64,000 nucleotides of DNA, taken from positions 320,001 through 384,000 of the forward strand of contig CAVYYI010000001.1 in the NCBI GenBank assembly GCA_963772725.1. Reading direction: 5' to 3'. The notes beneath the pieces were generated by a model. The model worked only from the letters and a program-made list of their open reading frames with translations. It was not told the DNA's origin and did no database searches. Made by a program: the position numbers and the translations under genes. Below, in pieces: positions 43,501 to 53,145 of this stretch (positions are counted from its first letter, which is position 1; the number at the start of each line of letters is the position of its first letter). The DNA is from an uncultured Phycisphaerales bacterium. Lineage in GTDB: Bacteria > Planctomycetota > Phycisphaerae > Sedimentisphaerales > Anaerobacaceae.

Positions 43501-44117
43501 TTGACGCTGCGAAGCTGCTTTTGCACTTCGCCGAGAATATCAGCCAGTCGCAGCAGATTCTGTTCAGTCTGTTCGAGTTTACGAAGAGCCTCTTTCTTGT
43601 GAGCCTTGTATTTGCTTATGCCCGCCGCCTCTTCGAAAATATCGCGTCTGTCAACTTTGGAAGATGTCAGTAACTGGTCAACCTGTCCCTGCTCGATAAT
43701 GGAATACGCCTTGACGCCTATGCCTGTATCCATAAAAAGTTCGCGAATATCCTTTAGTCGGCAGGGCTTATTGTTTATGCGATACTCGCTTTCGCCGCTT
43801 TTATATATTCTTCGTGATATCTGCACTTCGTCGGTTTCGATGGGCAGTTGTCCCGTTGTGTTTGAAATAAAAAGGCTTACCTCTGCGCAACCGACTGCTT
43901 TTCTGCTGCTGCTGCCGCTAAAAATGACATCCGCCATTTGTCCGCTTCGCAGACTTTTTGCGCTTTGTTCGCCGAGTACCCATTTGACCGCGTCAACGAC
44001 ATTACTTTTGCCGCAGCCGTTGGGGCCAACGATGCCAGTTATGGGGCAATCAAAAAGAAATTCAGTTTTATCCGCAAAACTTTTAAATCCGTCCAAAACT
44101 ACTTTTTCGAGTCTCAT
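40542..44117 (-). CDS. smc: Chromosome segregation protein SMC
   Basis: GFKSFAD, GPNGCGKSN, long coiled coils with hinge, LLSGGEK, LDEVDAALD. Confidence 0.97.
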   Translation of the reverse strand: MRLEKVVLDGFKSFADKTEFLFDCPITGIVGPNGCGKSNVVDAVKWVLGEQSAKSLRSGQMADVIFSGSSSRKAVGCAEVSLFISNTTGQLPIETDEVQISRRIYKSGESEYRINNKPCRLKDIRELFMDTGIGVKAYSIIEQGQVDQLLTSSKVDRRDIFEEAAGISKYKAHKKEALRKLEQTEQNLLRLADILGEVQKQLRSVKLQAGKARSYLQYTQRLKELQINYSLVEYHKIITSRTDKRTALAEIEQSFALLVAEIARNDASISGLGNEIIETENEINRTDNSLVAVQSKIEQQLQRIEFLRTRIAEFQSRKETSSQKVDTLREQQKSFENDLKRYKDEQLNCEQIFQEKTAAVEQLQKALSEITAQCSSLEADLEDEKSGIIDIVRRTAQLHNEIQSISVYRSSLASQKDRLAGRANSAQVEIEKLLTEKAQYTARMNDIEKVLVELQDSLESKRKKSEEISGLIAEDGKRLAHSKETRSALGSELSILTDMENRREGINSAVKDILQSRSSGNNRFDYVQGILADIIVADVKYAGAVEAALEGKTAALVVSSTDSLLADSQTIEKLDGRANFICADRTVPFADSADLSKYSQIKGRVIEFVKYDSKYSPLVWTLLGRILIVDSTSAAVELSRELGSEYEFVTLKGEFLSADGTIKLGPLGKADGLISRKSRLNQLQQIMADIADDIAKLEDQINKNNQANEHVVKLIKELRTAVYEASTEKMQVQSKLTIYEQNLKRLTEEQPLITGEIAVLEEQIAQSVQKEYDSKQKLEELETVNNERKAHIAELEAKHIDQKSQQQSLNAQLTELRVSLGQVSEQNKALKQSIISLQNQMQANQASIDTAQAEIQNCISQSTQAQRDILSCESSVSELFVEKEKTQQASRTLHDKVETLLEQRTQAEQILRQKRTEQNETDQKLNQLRIELSQLEVKEQTIVEKVRDELQLDIAQSYQSYQQSDVDWEAVKQEMTDLRGKIERLGNVNVEAIAEQEELEKRNEFLAVQVEDLNKGKDQLQQLITRLNKQSREKFKETFEVIRTHFQELFRKLFGGGKADIVLEDAEDILDAGIEIVARPPGKEQRTISLLSGGEKTMTAIALLFAVFKAKPSPFCMLDEVDAALDEANNERFNMIISEFQKYSQFIVITHSKRTMSIADVLYGVTMQTHGVSKKISVKFGAIEEQSSAVA

Positions 44118-44203
44118 AGCACCCTTTATGTTAATATTACTAATTATTACATATTATGGTTAGCCCACCTCAATACATATAGATTTTATCGGTCGAAGTA
44201 ATA

Positions 44204-45838
44204 TTATTTCTTGACAGTTTGTTCAATTTTTGGCAGGGGTCCCGCCCTGAATTCCGCTCCTATCGCATTTTTTTCACACATTTCCTTGAGAAGGGCCATT
44301 ATATCGGCATAATAAACCCCTAATCCACCCTGGGCGGGTTTGGCCGCAAGGGTTTTAATGACGCCTCGCAGATCAAATGAACATTTTGCCTGGATGGGAG
44401 GCAAATTCATCTGCGGATTTTCACACATTAACAATAGATAGTTTTGCCCCGCGGGGGCATTGACCGTTATTTTTTTATCAGGAGATTGAACAAAAATGTT
44501 TTTTCGACACAATATCGGCGAACCGAAAAGAACGATTCGCGGCACACCGCTGCGCGACGCGAAGATGGACTTCTGTTTAGTCTGAACTATTTCTTCAATA
44601 TAAAAACTTTTATCGACTCGGATGCGGTTTATTGTAATATCATCGAGTTTTTCAAGCTGCTCACAGGCCGCCAGGCGGATGTCAAAATTTTCGTCACGCA
44701 AGAGTATTCTCCCTATGGCGGCGATATCCTCCTTGCGACCGGATGCGGCGATTGATATAAGCGCCTCATTGCGGTGGACAGAGTCTTTATTCATCGCTAT
44801 GTTTCTTAGTGTGTTCAGTCCCTGGTCGCTACCGAGATTCAGCAGGCATGTCGCGGCCTTGAGCTGTATCTCTTCGTCAGATGAATTGAGTAATGCCGAC
44901 AGGTCGCCTATACACGCAGTACCTATCGCCTCGAGAGCGATTTCGCTTGAGGATTCATTTCCTGTTATTGCGAGATTTCTTACAAGAGCTTTTATCCTTT
45001 GCTGAGTAACTTGCGGCTGCTCATTGATATATATTGCTTTTATGACGCTGAGAAATCGTTGTTTTTGCCCTTTATATCTGTCCGGTATTTTTATTATAAT
45101 CGTATTTTCGGAAATGGCCTTTGCGGTCTCGTTTCCGAACCGCTCAATGAGGATATTGCGGATACGGTTGGCAACGAGAAAGTCAGGCTTTTTTAAAACA
45201 AGTGAAAGGTTGTACGGCTCAAGCACCTTGCCCCCGCCGGGAATATAGCCGGTTTTGAGGTCGATTTTCGCGGGATCCATTTTATCAATATAAATCTGAC
45301 CGTTGCCTAATGCCACCGGCTTGAGGGCTGTCCCGAACCTTCCTTTTTCAAAAAATTCAGCGTTATACAGTGAGCCGCCTTCGAGAGAGGTTGTTTCCGT
45401 GTCATGCAATGCGGTTACTTTTATATCAAAGCGTTCATCTTTTGGCGCTCCAGTGGGCATAAGACCTTCAAGATATACAACTGCGGTATTGCGGCTTGTT
45501 ATAAATTTTTCAACATCCTGTATATTTGGTATTCGCTGAGCAATATATTTTTCAAGGTATTGCCGTATCTGTTTAGGACACTCTTGCGAGCCTGTGCCTT
45601 TGAGGTTTAACATAAGCGAATATCCTTCGACAGGTACCGTGTCGGCCTGGGTTATTTCGCTTACCGAGCCTATTGTCGCGTCCGTATCTGCCTTTGGTAT
45701 TCCCAGTTGAGGGGTTTTGGTCGGTTCACCGCAACCTGTTACGAAAAAAACAATGGTTATAATCGCACCGGTCAATAATATATTTTTTTGCTGAATGTTC
45801 ATCATAAACAAATTTCCCAAAATACCTGCTTTACTCAA
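44204..45838 (-). CDS. FlgI (P-ring)-like lipoprotein with HEAT-repeat region
   Basis: Lipobox VTGC; V.GY.L...L.GTG, NTAVV, FD..V.A....TSLEGG.L motifs; HEAT-like helices in C-terminal half. Confidence 0.65.
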   Translation of the reverse strand: MSKAGILGNLFMMNIQQKNILLTGAIITIVFFVTGCGEPTKTPQLGIPKADTDATIGSVSEITQADTVPVEGYSLMLNLKGTGSQECPKQIRQYLEKYIAQRIPNIQDVEKFITSRNTAVVYLEGLMPTGAPKDERFDIKVTALHDTETTSLEGGSLYNAEFFEKGRFGTALKPVALGNGQIYIDKMDPAKIDLKTGYIPGGGKVLEPYNLSLVLKKPDFLVANRIRNILIERFGNETAKAISENTIIIKIPDRYKGQKQRFLSVIKAIYINEQPQVTQQRIKALVRNLAITGNESSSEIALEAIGTACIGDLSALLNSSDEEIQLKAATCLLNLGSDQGLNTLRNIAMNKDSVHRNEALISIAASGRKEDIAAIGRILLRDENFDIRLAACEQLEKLDDITINRIRVDKSFYIEEIVQTKQKSIFASRSGVPRIVLFGSPILCRKNIFVQSPDKKITVNAPAGQNYLLLMCENPQMNLPPIQAKCSFDLRGVIKTLAAKPAQGGLGVYYADIMALLKEMCEKNAIGAEFRAGPLPKIEQTVKK

Positions 45839-45901
45839 TCTAACAGCGGCTAATCCTATCTTATTTCCACTATAAGCGTCAAGACTTAAACTATTACCCT
45901 G

Positions 45902-47479
45902 TTAAAATAACATGCAATCAGCGTAAACAGTCGTGAAATCGGGCTCGTGCGCGATTTCTACGTATCGTATTTTTCGGGCTAATTTGCCTGCGTGAATTCT
46001 TGCCTGACGGCTTAATAATATCATCTCCGCTCCACTCAGAGCAGCGTTGCCGATGAAATGAATCCGTTCGACAGGTACATTGGGGAGCAGTCCTATTCGC
46101 ATCGCACTTTCACGCCTGATATAATTGCCGAATGCGCCTGCTAACAGGACGCACTTAATATCCGAATCGGTAAGACACGTTTTTTTCTGCAGAAGTTTTA
46201 TCCCTGTTCTGATTGCGGCCTTTGCGAGCTGCATCTGGCGGATGTCTCTTTGTGTAAGGATAACTTTGTTTTTACCGCTTTGAGCAAGCAGAAAGGCAGG
46301 CTGGTCGTCTTTTTCAATAATTCGTGAAATGATTTTAGGATGCAATTTGCCTTTGAGATTTTCAACTTTTACAAAACATCCTGTATTATCAATAACGCCC
46401 AGTTCGAGTAATACCGCGACTGCGTCGATAAGTCCGCTGCCGCATATCGAATGGGCAGCGGCACCGCCTATCACATCGAAGTCTATATCATCGGCGTTTA
46501 CCACCACAGCTTCAATCGCGCCACGACCAGCCCTGCTGCCGCAGCTTATTCTTGCCCCCTCCAGTGCAGGTCCCGCCGCGCAGCTTGCGGCCAAAAGTTC
46601 TTCACCCACAGCCAGCACTATTTCGCCATTTGTGCCAATATCAACGATGAGAGTCGTCTCTTTTACTGACCCTATATTCGTCGCTAACGCGACGGCCACC
46701 GTATCGGCACCGACAAAACCTGCGATATTTTCAATCGTATGGACATTCCCATCAGGATTAATATTAAGGCCTGATTTGCCGGGTGGAATATCGTATGCCT
46801 CAACCGAAAACGCCTTATAAGGGGCTTGACCTAATTGTGCCACAGGCAGGCCGAGGAACAGATGGTTCATCGTAGTATTGCCCGCGATGGCGACTTCATA
46901 TATTTGTTGCGGGTCGGCGTCAATCTGTCTGCATAATTTCACAATCATTTTATTCACACAGTCTATTATTGCTTTTCGCAGTTCACCGGCTTTCTCCTCG
47001 TTCTGTGCATAAGCGATTCTGCTTATAACATCGTCGCCATACTGGATTTGCGGATTAAGTTTAGCCTCAGTCGCCAAACATTTCCCATTCTTCATATCGA
47101 GCAGTTTTGTGACTACCGTGGTTGTACCTATATCAACTGCCACCCCAAGAATATCCCATTTGGTACTTTGATACTTTATATATATATCAGGCTTGATTTT
47201 TGTCTGCGTTTCAATGCCCGCGGTGAGAATTTTCTGTTCAAACAGTCTCGATGCCGAAGGTATTGTTACAACAATGTCGCCTTGAATAAGATACTGACAT
47301 GCCAATACCTTCTGACCTCCCGGTTCAAGATTTACTGCGCACTTTCCACACGTACCTTTACCGCCGCAAACGGTGTTAAGAATAATCCCCGCCTGGCCGG
47401 CCGCATCCAGCAGAGTCGCCCCTGAGTGAATTGAAACTCGCCTGCTATCGGGCTCGAACGTTATATTGAAATGCTTCAT
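45902..47479 (-). CDS. ASKHA-domain [2Fe-2S] protein, reductive activator of corrinoid enzymes (RACE/RamA-like)
   Basis: CGGKGTCGKC...LAC ferredoxin, VDIGTTT, YGDDVISRI, DIGTNGE, AAGPALEG, GSGLID, LAGAFG, GNAAL.GA. Confidence 0.92.
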   Translation of the reverse strand: MKHFNITFEPDSRRVSIHSGATLLDAAGQAGIILNTVCGGKGTCGKCAVNLEPGGQKVLACQYLIQGDIVVTIPSASRLFEQKILTAGIETQTKIKPDIYIKYQSTKWDILGVAVDIGTTTVVTKLLDMKNGKCLATEAKLNPQIQYGDDVISRIAYAQNEEKAGELRKAIIDCVNKMIVKLCRQIDADPQQIYEVAIAGNTTMNHLFLGLPVAQLGQAPYKAFSVEAYDIPPGKSGLNINPDGNVHTIENIAGFVGADTVAVALATNIGSVKETTLIVDIGTNGEIVLAVGEELLAASCAAGPALEGARISCGSRAGRGAIEAVVVNADDIDFDVIGGAAAHSICGSGLIDAVAVLLELGVIDNTGCFVKVENLKGKLHPKIISRIIEKDDQPAFLLAQSGKNKVILTQRDIRQMQLAKAAIRTGIKLLQKKTCLTDSDIKCVLLAGAFGNYIRRESAMRIGLLPNVPVERIHFIGNAALSGAEMILLSRQARIHAGKLARKIRYVEIAHEPDFTTVYADCMLF

Positions 47480-47480
47480 A

Positions 47481-47562
47481 ATTAGTATTTAGCCGTCAGC
47501 GGCCAGCCTTCAGGGCGCATTATCGCTCCCCACAAGCCATCGGCTAACGGCTACTCACTAAT
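47481..47562. repeat. Imperfect inverted repeat built from 7-nt periodic units
   Basis: ATTAGTATTTAGCCGTCAGCGG (47481-47502) vs reverse complement of 47541-47562, ATTAGTGAGTAGCCGTTAGCCG: 17/22. Confidence 0.65.
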
Positions 47563-47783
47563 GCCTATCCACTAATCTTGTGATGTACTTTCCAGCGGGC
47601 ATGCCTTTTTTTACTGCCCACTTTGCGTCTGCGTCTCGGTTTTGCCATTTACTTCTCCACAAAACTATCAAAAACTTTGTTCCAAATTACTTTCAATCTT
47701 TCACAAGTTGTGGTATTATAATGGAAAATTGTGAAAACGCAAAAGACTTTTTTGTTTTTTGCTGATTAATTGGGGCATCTAAA

Positions 47784-48074
47784 ATGATTCAATGTAAAGA
47801 TTGCGAATTCTGCGAGATGGGCGAACAAGGCCGTAGAACCTTCAAATGCGACCCCTTTGTCAATATCAAAGAGCCGGAATGCCTCGCCAAATGGCAGCTT
47901 ATACGTCTCGACATGCTCGTGATGAGTTACCAGGAAATGCTGAGGTTTCAGTCGAAATTCGCCCCGCTGCAGGATAAAATCATGAAATACGTCAAGCGGG
48001 AGATGGAAGATTTGGACGATTCAGACCGCTGGAAACTCGACGACGAGGAACATCCCGGCAGCGATATCCCATAA
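47784..48074 (+). CDS. Small Cys-containing hypothetical protein
   Basis: CKDCEFC...C...C, acidic C-terminus; followed by hairpin CCGCGAG-GCAGGT-CTCGCGG. Confidence 0.7.
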   Translation: MIQCKDCEFCEMGEQGRRTFKCDPFVNIKEPECLAKWQLIRLDMLVMSYQEMLRFQSKFAPLQDKIMKYVKREMEDLDDSDRWKLDDEEHPGSDIP

Positions 48075-48135
48075 TTCGCAGGGTTGTTTAGCCGCGAGGC
48101 AGGTCTCGCGGTTTCCCTGCTGGTTTAATTTCGGA

Positions 48136-48505
48136 TTACGTTTTTCCGGCCTGCGCAAAAAAGGATTCGGCACTTTCCTTAATTTTTTCCTTGGTCAGGT
48201 TACGGGTATGTGTAGCAATCATCCAGGAATATCCGAATGGGTCTTTCAGCGACCCGCATCGGTCTCCCCAGAGCATATTGGCCACGGGCATTGTTACGGT
48301 AGCACCGGCAGCCACCGCCTGCTTGAAAATTTCATCCACGTTCGGCACATAAACGTAAAGGCCTACAGGCGATGTGCCGAGACTTTGTGCGCTCTTGCAT
48401 TCCTGGGCCGGTCTTTCATCTCCCATCATAAGGATAGAATCGCCGATTTGTATCGCGGCATGCATTGTGCCGTTGCCGTCCGGCGAGGGGAATATCTCTA
48501 TTTCC
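48136..48505 (-). pseudogene. VOC/PhnB-like glyoxalase, 5'-truncated
   Basis: MHA.I.IGDS.LM..DE, WGDR.G.L.DPFG..W.IAT; upstream frame closed by a stop and the N-terminal part is missing. Confidence 0.7.
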
Positions 48506-48754
48506 TTTATTCAAGGGTTATTAGTGAAAGGCTGTTATCTCACGCTTTTCTTAAAACCACAACACCAATTTTAGCAGCGTCTTAACAATTCGCTATAAGC
48601 GAAAACCTTAATTTAACACCCCTGTTTGCCTAATGCTGACCTTCGTTAATCCAGTCCGGCAAAACACGCTTTTTTTGGAAAAAAACTTTGCTAAAAGGGA
48701 TGTGGGAACGTAGTATTAAGATGTATCTGAAAAATAAGACTTTTTGCAGAAAAA

Positions 48755-48782
48755 TGCAATAAAGCAGGCTGCAAAGCCGTCT
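48755..48782 (+). promoter_or_regulatory. Possible ECF-type autoregulatory promoter
   Basis: TGCAAT-17 nt-CGTCT upstream of the ECF sigma gene. Confidence 0.3.
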
Positions 48783-48806
48783 GTATATATGTAAAAGCGT
48801 CTGAAT

Positions 48807-49340
48807 ATGGCCAAAAACGATGATTTAGCCCGGATAATAGCTGGCTGCAAGAAGGGCGCCAATGAGAGCTTTTCCCTGCTGGTCGATATGTATTCAGGCC
48901 GGTGTTTCGGGTATTTTTATCGTCTGACGAGCAACCGTGAGGTCAGCAACGACTTGCTCAGTGAGTTATTTGTTCGCGTGGTTGAAAAGATAGACGGTTA
49001 CAGGGACGGCTCATTCGATGGGTGGCTGTTCACAATTGCGTCTAATATCTTTTATGACCATTTGAGGAACAAGAAACTGCAGGCAAAATTGCTGGATGCG
49101 CACAAGGACAGGATACAGGCGAAATTTAAGGAAATAAAGCATTCGACGATTGAGAAATTCGACCTGCTGCAGATGCAGTTAGAGAAAATGGATGACGAGA
49201 CGAGGGAAGTGATAATGCTGCGGTTTTATTCGCAGATGAGTTTTAAGGAAATCGCGGAGATGAAAGGTGAGCCGATAGGGACGGTGCTGTCGAGGCTGCA
49301 CCGAGGATTAAAAAAGCTTCGCGAATTGATGGATGGTTAG
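48807..49340 (+). CDS. ECF RNA polymerase sigma factor
   Basis: F..WLFTIA.N, SFKEIAE....PIGTVLSRLHRG. Confidence 0.93.
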   Translation: MAKNDDLARIIAGCKKGANESFSLLVDMYSGRCFGYFYRLTSNREVSNDLLSELFVRVVEKIDGYRDGSFDGWLFTIASNIFYDHLRNKKLQAKLLDAHKDRIQAKFKEIKHSTIEKFDLLQMQLEKMDDETREVIMLRFYSQMSFKEIAEMKGEPIGTVLSRLHRGLKKLRELMDG

Positions 49341-49854
49341 AATTATGAATTATCCAAATGAAAATCTGAAAGAATTGTTCGGGAAGTTTTTAACTTCACA
49401 GGAAGCACAGCAGGCGGCTGAGGATGTGCGAAAAGCGGACGAAATGCTGGCGAAATATACTTCGCCGATGCCAGACGCAGAGGCAGTGGCAGATATAAAG
49501 GCTAAAACGGCGGCTGCGGTGGGACAGAGGAAAACTAAGCTTGCCTTGAGGCGTACGACTTACAGAATCAGCGCGGCGGCAGCGGCGATTTTGATTATAG
49601 CGTCGGTGGGGGTGGTATTGCTGCAGAAAAATATGTATAAACCAGCAACAGGGCTGATATCGAATGCTGTGTGGGATAGTTATGACCTTAGCGAGGACGA
49701 CCCTGAATTGGCGATATTAACAACGGAAGTGAAACAGGCGGAAATGGATATGTCGGCTATTCATCTTGGCGAAAGCTGGAACAGCACAAGTATTGATTCG
49801 ACTGAGGCTGAAATGGAATTGGTGGAAATCGGAAGTCTTTTAGAGAAAGGATAA
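49333..49854 (+). CDS. Putative single-TM anti-sigma factor
   Basis: Overlaps the sigma gene; AAAAAILII transmembrane segment. Confidence 0.7.
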   Translation: MVRIMNYPNENLKELFGKFLTSQEAQQAAEDVRKADEMLAKYTSPMPDAEAVADIKAKTAAAVGQRKTKLALRRTTYRISAAAAAILIIASVGVVLLQKNMYKPATGLISNAVWDSYDLSEDDPELAILTTEVKQAEMDMSAIHLGESWNSTSIDSTEAEMELVEIGSLLEKG

Positions 49855-49858
49855 CGGA

Positions 49859-50839
49859 ATGAAAAGCTTTCATAAGGTGTTTTTGATTTTGGTGATTACA
49901 AGTGCAATATTTTCTGGGCATAAATTGGCGTATAGCGCCGATGAAAAGGGGGGCGATGGCATTGGTGCTAAGCCCGTTCCTGCGGCGGTTGAAGAAGCCA
50001 AACGGGGTGAACTGACTAAGGAGGTGATTGACCGTGTTATGGCGAGGCTGAGAGAGGCTGACCCGAAAAAGGCTGATGCGATGGAGAAACTTCGCCAGAA
50101 AGACCCGCAGGAATTCAAACAGGAACTGCGGAATATTATGCATCAGTTTCGCCAAAGGACGCAGGATGGCGGGCCTGAAGTGCCTGCCGGCGAACCGCCT
50201 CGCGGTCACGGCAGGGAAGTCGAACAGGTTGAACCAGGCATGGCAGCGTCAATAATGGAAAAGATGATAGAAAAGGAGGCGGAATATATTGGGTGGCTCG
50301 AGAAGAATTATCCGGATGAGGCTGAGAAACTGGCAAAAATTAAAAAGGAGGCTCCGGGGCTTTATTTAAGGCAGTTCACTCTTAGTATGAAGAAAAACGC
50401 TGGTGTTTATCAGGCATGGAAGCAAAATCCGGAGTTAGGCGAGGTTGTTAAGCAGGATATTGAATTGAGGCAAAAGTTAAATGAATTAGTAAAAAAAGTC
50501 AAAGCTGCGCAGAGCGATGAACAAAAGCAGGAACTTACAAAACAGGTTACAGATATTCTTAACAGCCGATACGATTTGCTTGTGAAGCAGCAACAGATAA
50601 GGTACCAGATATTGCTTAAGAAACTCGATGAGCTGAAAGCGGAAGCTAAAGAAAAAGAGGCTCAGGTAGAAAAATGGAAAGACCCCAAGTATAAAGAAGA
50701 GAATGTAAAGGCGCGTTTAATGAAGTGCTCCAGGGTTCGGGTAAGTTTAAGTGGGAATGATATGATGCGTCCTTTAGCCGAAACCAAATTTAAACAAATT
50801 AAAGTAAAAAAATTCGAAAAACAAAGTGAAATTACTTGA
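49859..50839 (+). CDS. Secreted highly helical/coiled-coil protein; true end probably 50760 (frameshift at ~50718)
   Basis: Signal peptide, E/K/Q-rich helices; alternative frame ends EVLQGSGKFKWE*. Confidence 0.65.
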   Translation: MKSFHKVFLILVITSAIFSGHKLAYSADEKGGDGIGAKPVPAAVEEAKRGELTKEVIDRVMARLREADPKKADAMEKLRQKDPQEFKQELRNIMHQFRQRTQDGGPEVPAGEPPRGHGREVEQVEPGMAASIMEKMIEKEAEYIGWLEKNYPDEAEKLAKIKKEAPGLYLRQFTLSMKKNAGVYQAWKQNPELGEVVKQDIELRQKLNELVKKVKAAQSDEQKQELTKQVTDILNSRYDLLVKQQQIRYQILLKKLDELKAEAKEKEAQVEKWKDPKYKEENVKARLMKCSRVRVSLSGNDMMRPLAETKFKQIKVKKFEKQSEIT

Positions 50840-51761
50840 AACTTCGGATGGGTCTTCTGCGGGGTAGGGTTTTGGGCGTTGAGGGCTGAGCAGTGGGAGC
50901 GGGGACTTTAGCGGGTTTGGCTGCGAAGTTTGAATTAACATCGGTTTGGCCAATGCTGCTTATTGTTGCGGCTTCTTCTGCGCTTATGCGACCAGCATTG
51001 GCTGAGGAGGGGGAAACCGCGTTAGAATCATTTTTTTGAGGGTTGGACTGAGGGGTCATCAATTCAGAAAGCATACTTTCCAGTAGTTTTGTTCTTTCCG
51101 CCTCGCTCATTTCGGGCTGCTTAACCGTTTGCGGCGGTGTGATTGCCGCGGCTGTCATAGTTTTTGAAGAATTAAGGCTGGTAATAGAGATTGGGCCGCC
51201 AGGCGGGACTGGTTTATTCTCGCCTTTTATGAGACTGATTTTAGGCTCCCTTTCCGGCACAAGTGAGATAGTTCGTTCGCCGTCCTTGACTATTACAGCG
51301 TCATTTTTTATTTCCTGGATTAGCACATGCTCCACTTTACTGGACTGTTTTACCCAGTGAAGACCTTTACCGGTTTCGTCTATCAGTGCCAGCGACAGTT
51401 CGGGATTTGATGTACAATAACTTATGCCGATAAGTTTAAAAGAAATCGGTGATTCCACAGGCCTGACAGGTTCCGGGCGGATCGTGTCTCGGATCGGTGT
51501 TGGTGGCGGCGGGGGGTTTAAATACAGCGCAAAGGCCTGCGCCTCTTTAACGAGGGGTGAGACCTGGTTCATATTGTTTTTGGAACGGCTGCCCTGTTCA
51601 CGTTTGAATTTTTCGACGGCGCCTTCAGAGCTTATAAGCTCGATGATTTTTTTATCGGTCTTAGTAGAGCGTAGAACTCCCCCCAGCACAATAATAGCGC
51701 CGACGGCGATTATGCAGACAATACCCGCGATTCGTAATGTTTTTGTCATTTTAACCATCAT
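50832..51761 (-). CDS. Membrane-anchored protein with GspC/PilP-like domain
   Basis: N-terminal TM, Pro-rich linker, FKLIGIS...SLALI.....LHWVK......I.EI....V pattern. Confidence 0.5.
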   Translation of the reverse strand: MMVKMTKTLRIAGIVCIIAVGAIIVLGGVLRSTKTDKKIIELISSEGAVEKFKREQGSRSKNNMNQVSPLVKEAQAFALYLNPPPPPTPIRDTIRPEPVRPVESPISFKLIGISYCTSNPELSLALIDETGKGLHWVKQSSKVEHVLIQEIKNDAVIVKDGERTISLVPEREPKISLIKGENKPVPPGGPISITSLNSSKTMTAAAITPPQTVKQPEMSEAERTKLLESMLSELMTPQSNPQKNDSNAVSPSSANAGRISAEEAATISSIGQTDVNSNFAAKPAKVPAPTAQPSTPKTLPRRRPIRSFK

Positions 51762-51767
51762 GTTCCT

Positions 51768-53109
51768 TTAGTTTTTGACATTATCGGCAGTATTTGGTTC
51801 CCTCCAATGGATAATTTTTTCAAAATATATTTTTTCGTTTCCGGCGTAATTTGCGCTGTTTTCGGGGGTGTGGCAGTCAGAACAATCGGATTTTGGGTCG
51901 GCTGTAGGCATTTTACCGAGGGTTTTATTGTGTTCGGAGCCTGGGCCGTGGCAGTTTTCGCAACCGACATCTTTAAGATTGGGGGTTGTTTTTTCAGAGA
52001 CAAAGCCGCTTTGGTATTCCAGACCGATGACGTGGCAGATGACGCATTCGGGGTCGTATTGAGTGCCTGTTTTTTCGAGCGTCGCATAGGCTATGGCGTG
52101 GGATTTTGTGCTCCATTTGTCGTATTCGTATTGGTGGCAGGATTTGCAGGATTCTGAGCCGACGTATTTCAAATCATTGGGCAGCGAGAAACGCGGCAGT
52201 TTCTCCAGAAGATTTGCCTGTTTAACAAGTTGCTGATACGTTTCGTAGAGTCTGGTCAGAGTTTTATCGTTGGGCAGATTTTCATTTAAAGGAACCGGGG
52301 CGAAAGTCAATTTGAGTTTTTCGGCGGGTGCCGCGCTTTTTATATCAAGTCTTACAATGTATTTGCCTAATCGACCGGCAGTTATAATAAGGGGGACGGC
52401 ATCGGTGTTATTTTTTATGGTTGGCTCATCCGATTCAGCAGGGCAGATGACGCAGTCGGCAATTTTATTTTCGGTAATTGTTTCGAGCAAGTCAGCATCG
52501 CAGTCGGCCAAAATAAGAATGTTTATGGAATCGATTTGCGGCGACGGAGGCGGGAAAAGGTTTTCCAAAGAAGCTGCGGAGTCTGTTTTACCATTGTAAG
52601 ACGCGACGGTTATATCGATTTTTCTTCCACCGGATGTGAATCGCTTTGTGAATTTTTGGGGCAGATTAACATCGGGTGTTTGGAAGGCGGTTATGGCGTT
52701 GCGGAGAACGGATTGCCCTGGACTGGTCAGAAGCCCGAGGTTCTGGGCAATCTCAGCATCTTTTTCAGTCAGATTGACCATATCGTAATTGAGGATTGTG
52801 AGTGCCTGGACAATTGTCTGGAATTTGATTATATCCTGTTCGAGATTGTTTTGTACGAGATTACCGGTGTCGATAATAAATCTTTTTGAGGCTGGCGCAG
52901 CCGCGAAAATTGCCGGTCGTCTTTCGAGCCCCTCCAAGCTGGCCGCCGGAGCAGCCGCAAGGCTTCAGAGACCCGAGTTCGCTGCCGGTTATAAAAACGG
53001 TAAGTAAATTATTTTTTAGAATATCTTTCGCCGCAGATTTATCCGGTTTAGCTGAAATACACGACAGGGTTATGGCCAAAAGTAAAATATATGCTGCTAA
53101 TCGCCTCAT
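51768..53109 (-). CDS. Tetraheme cytochrome c (c554-like) fused to a 5'-nucleotidase/UshA-like N-terminal domain; frameshift in a G run at ~52930
   Basis: Signal/lipobox LSC; G.LKPCGCSGGQLGGLERR; four CxxCH motifs (CKSCH, CVICH, CENCH, CSDCH). Confidence 0.85.
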
Positions 53110-53145
53110 CTGTCTGCCCAATTTTTTTATTTGCCTATCAGATTT

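Noticed and set aside
52930..52975. Selenocysteine recoding at the CGC motif of the cytochrome
   Set aside because: Both codons are Cys in this sequence; the break is a G-run frameshift, not an in-frame TGA
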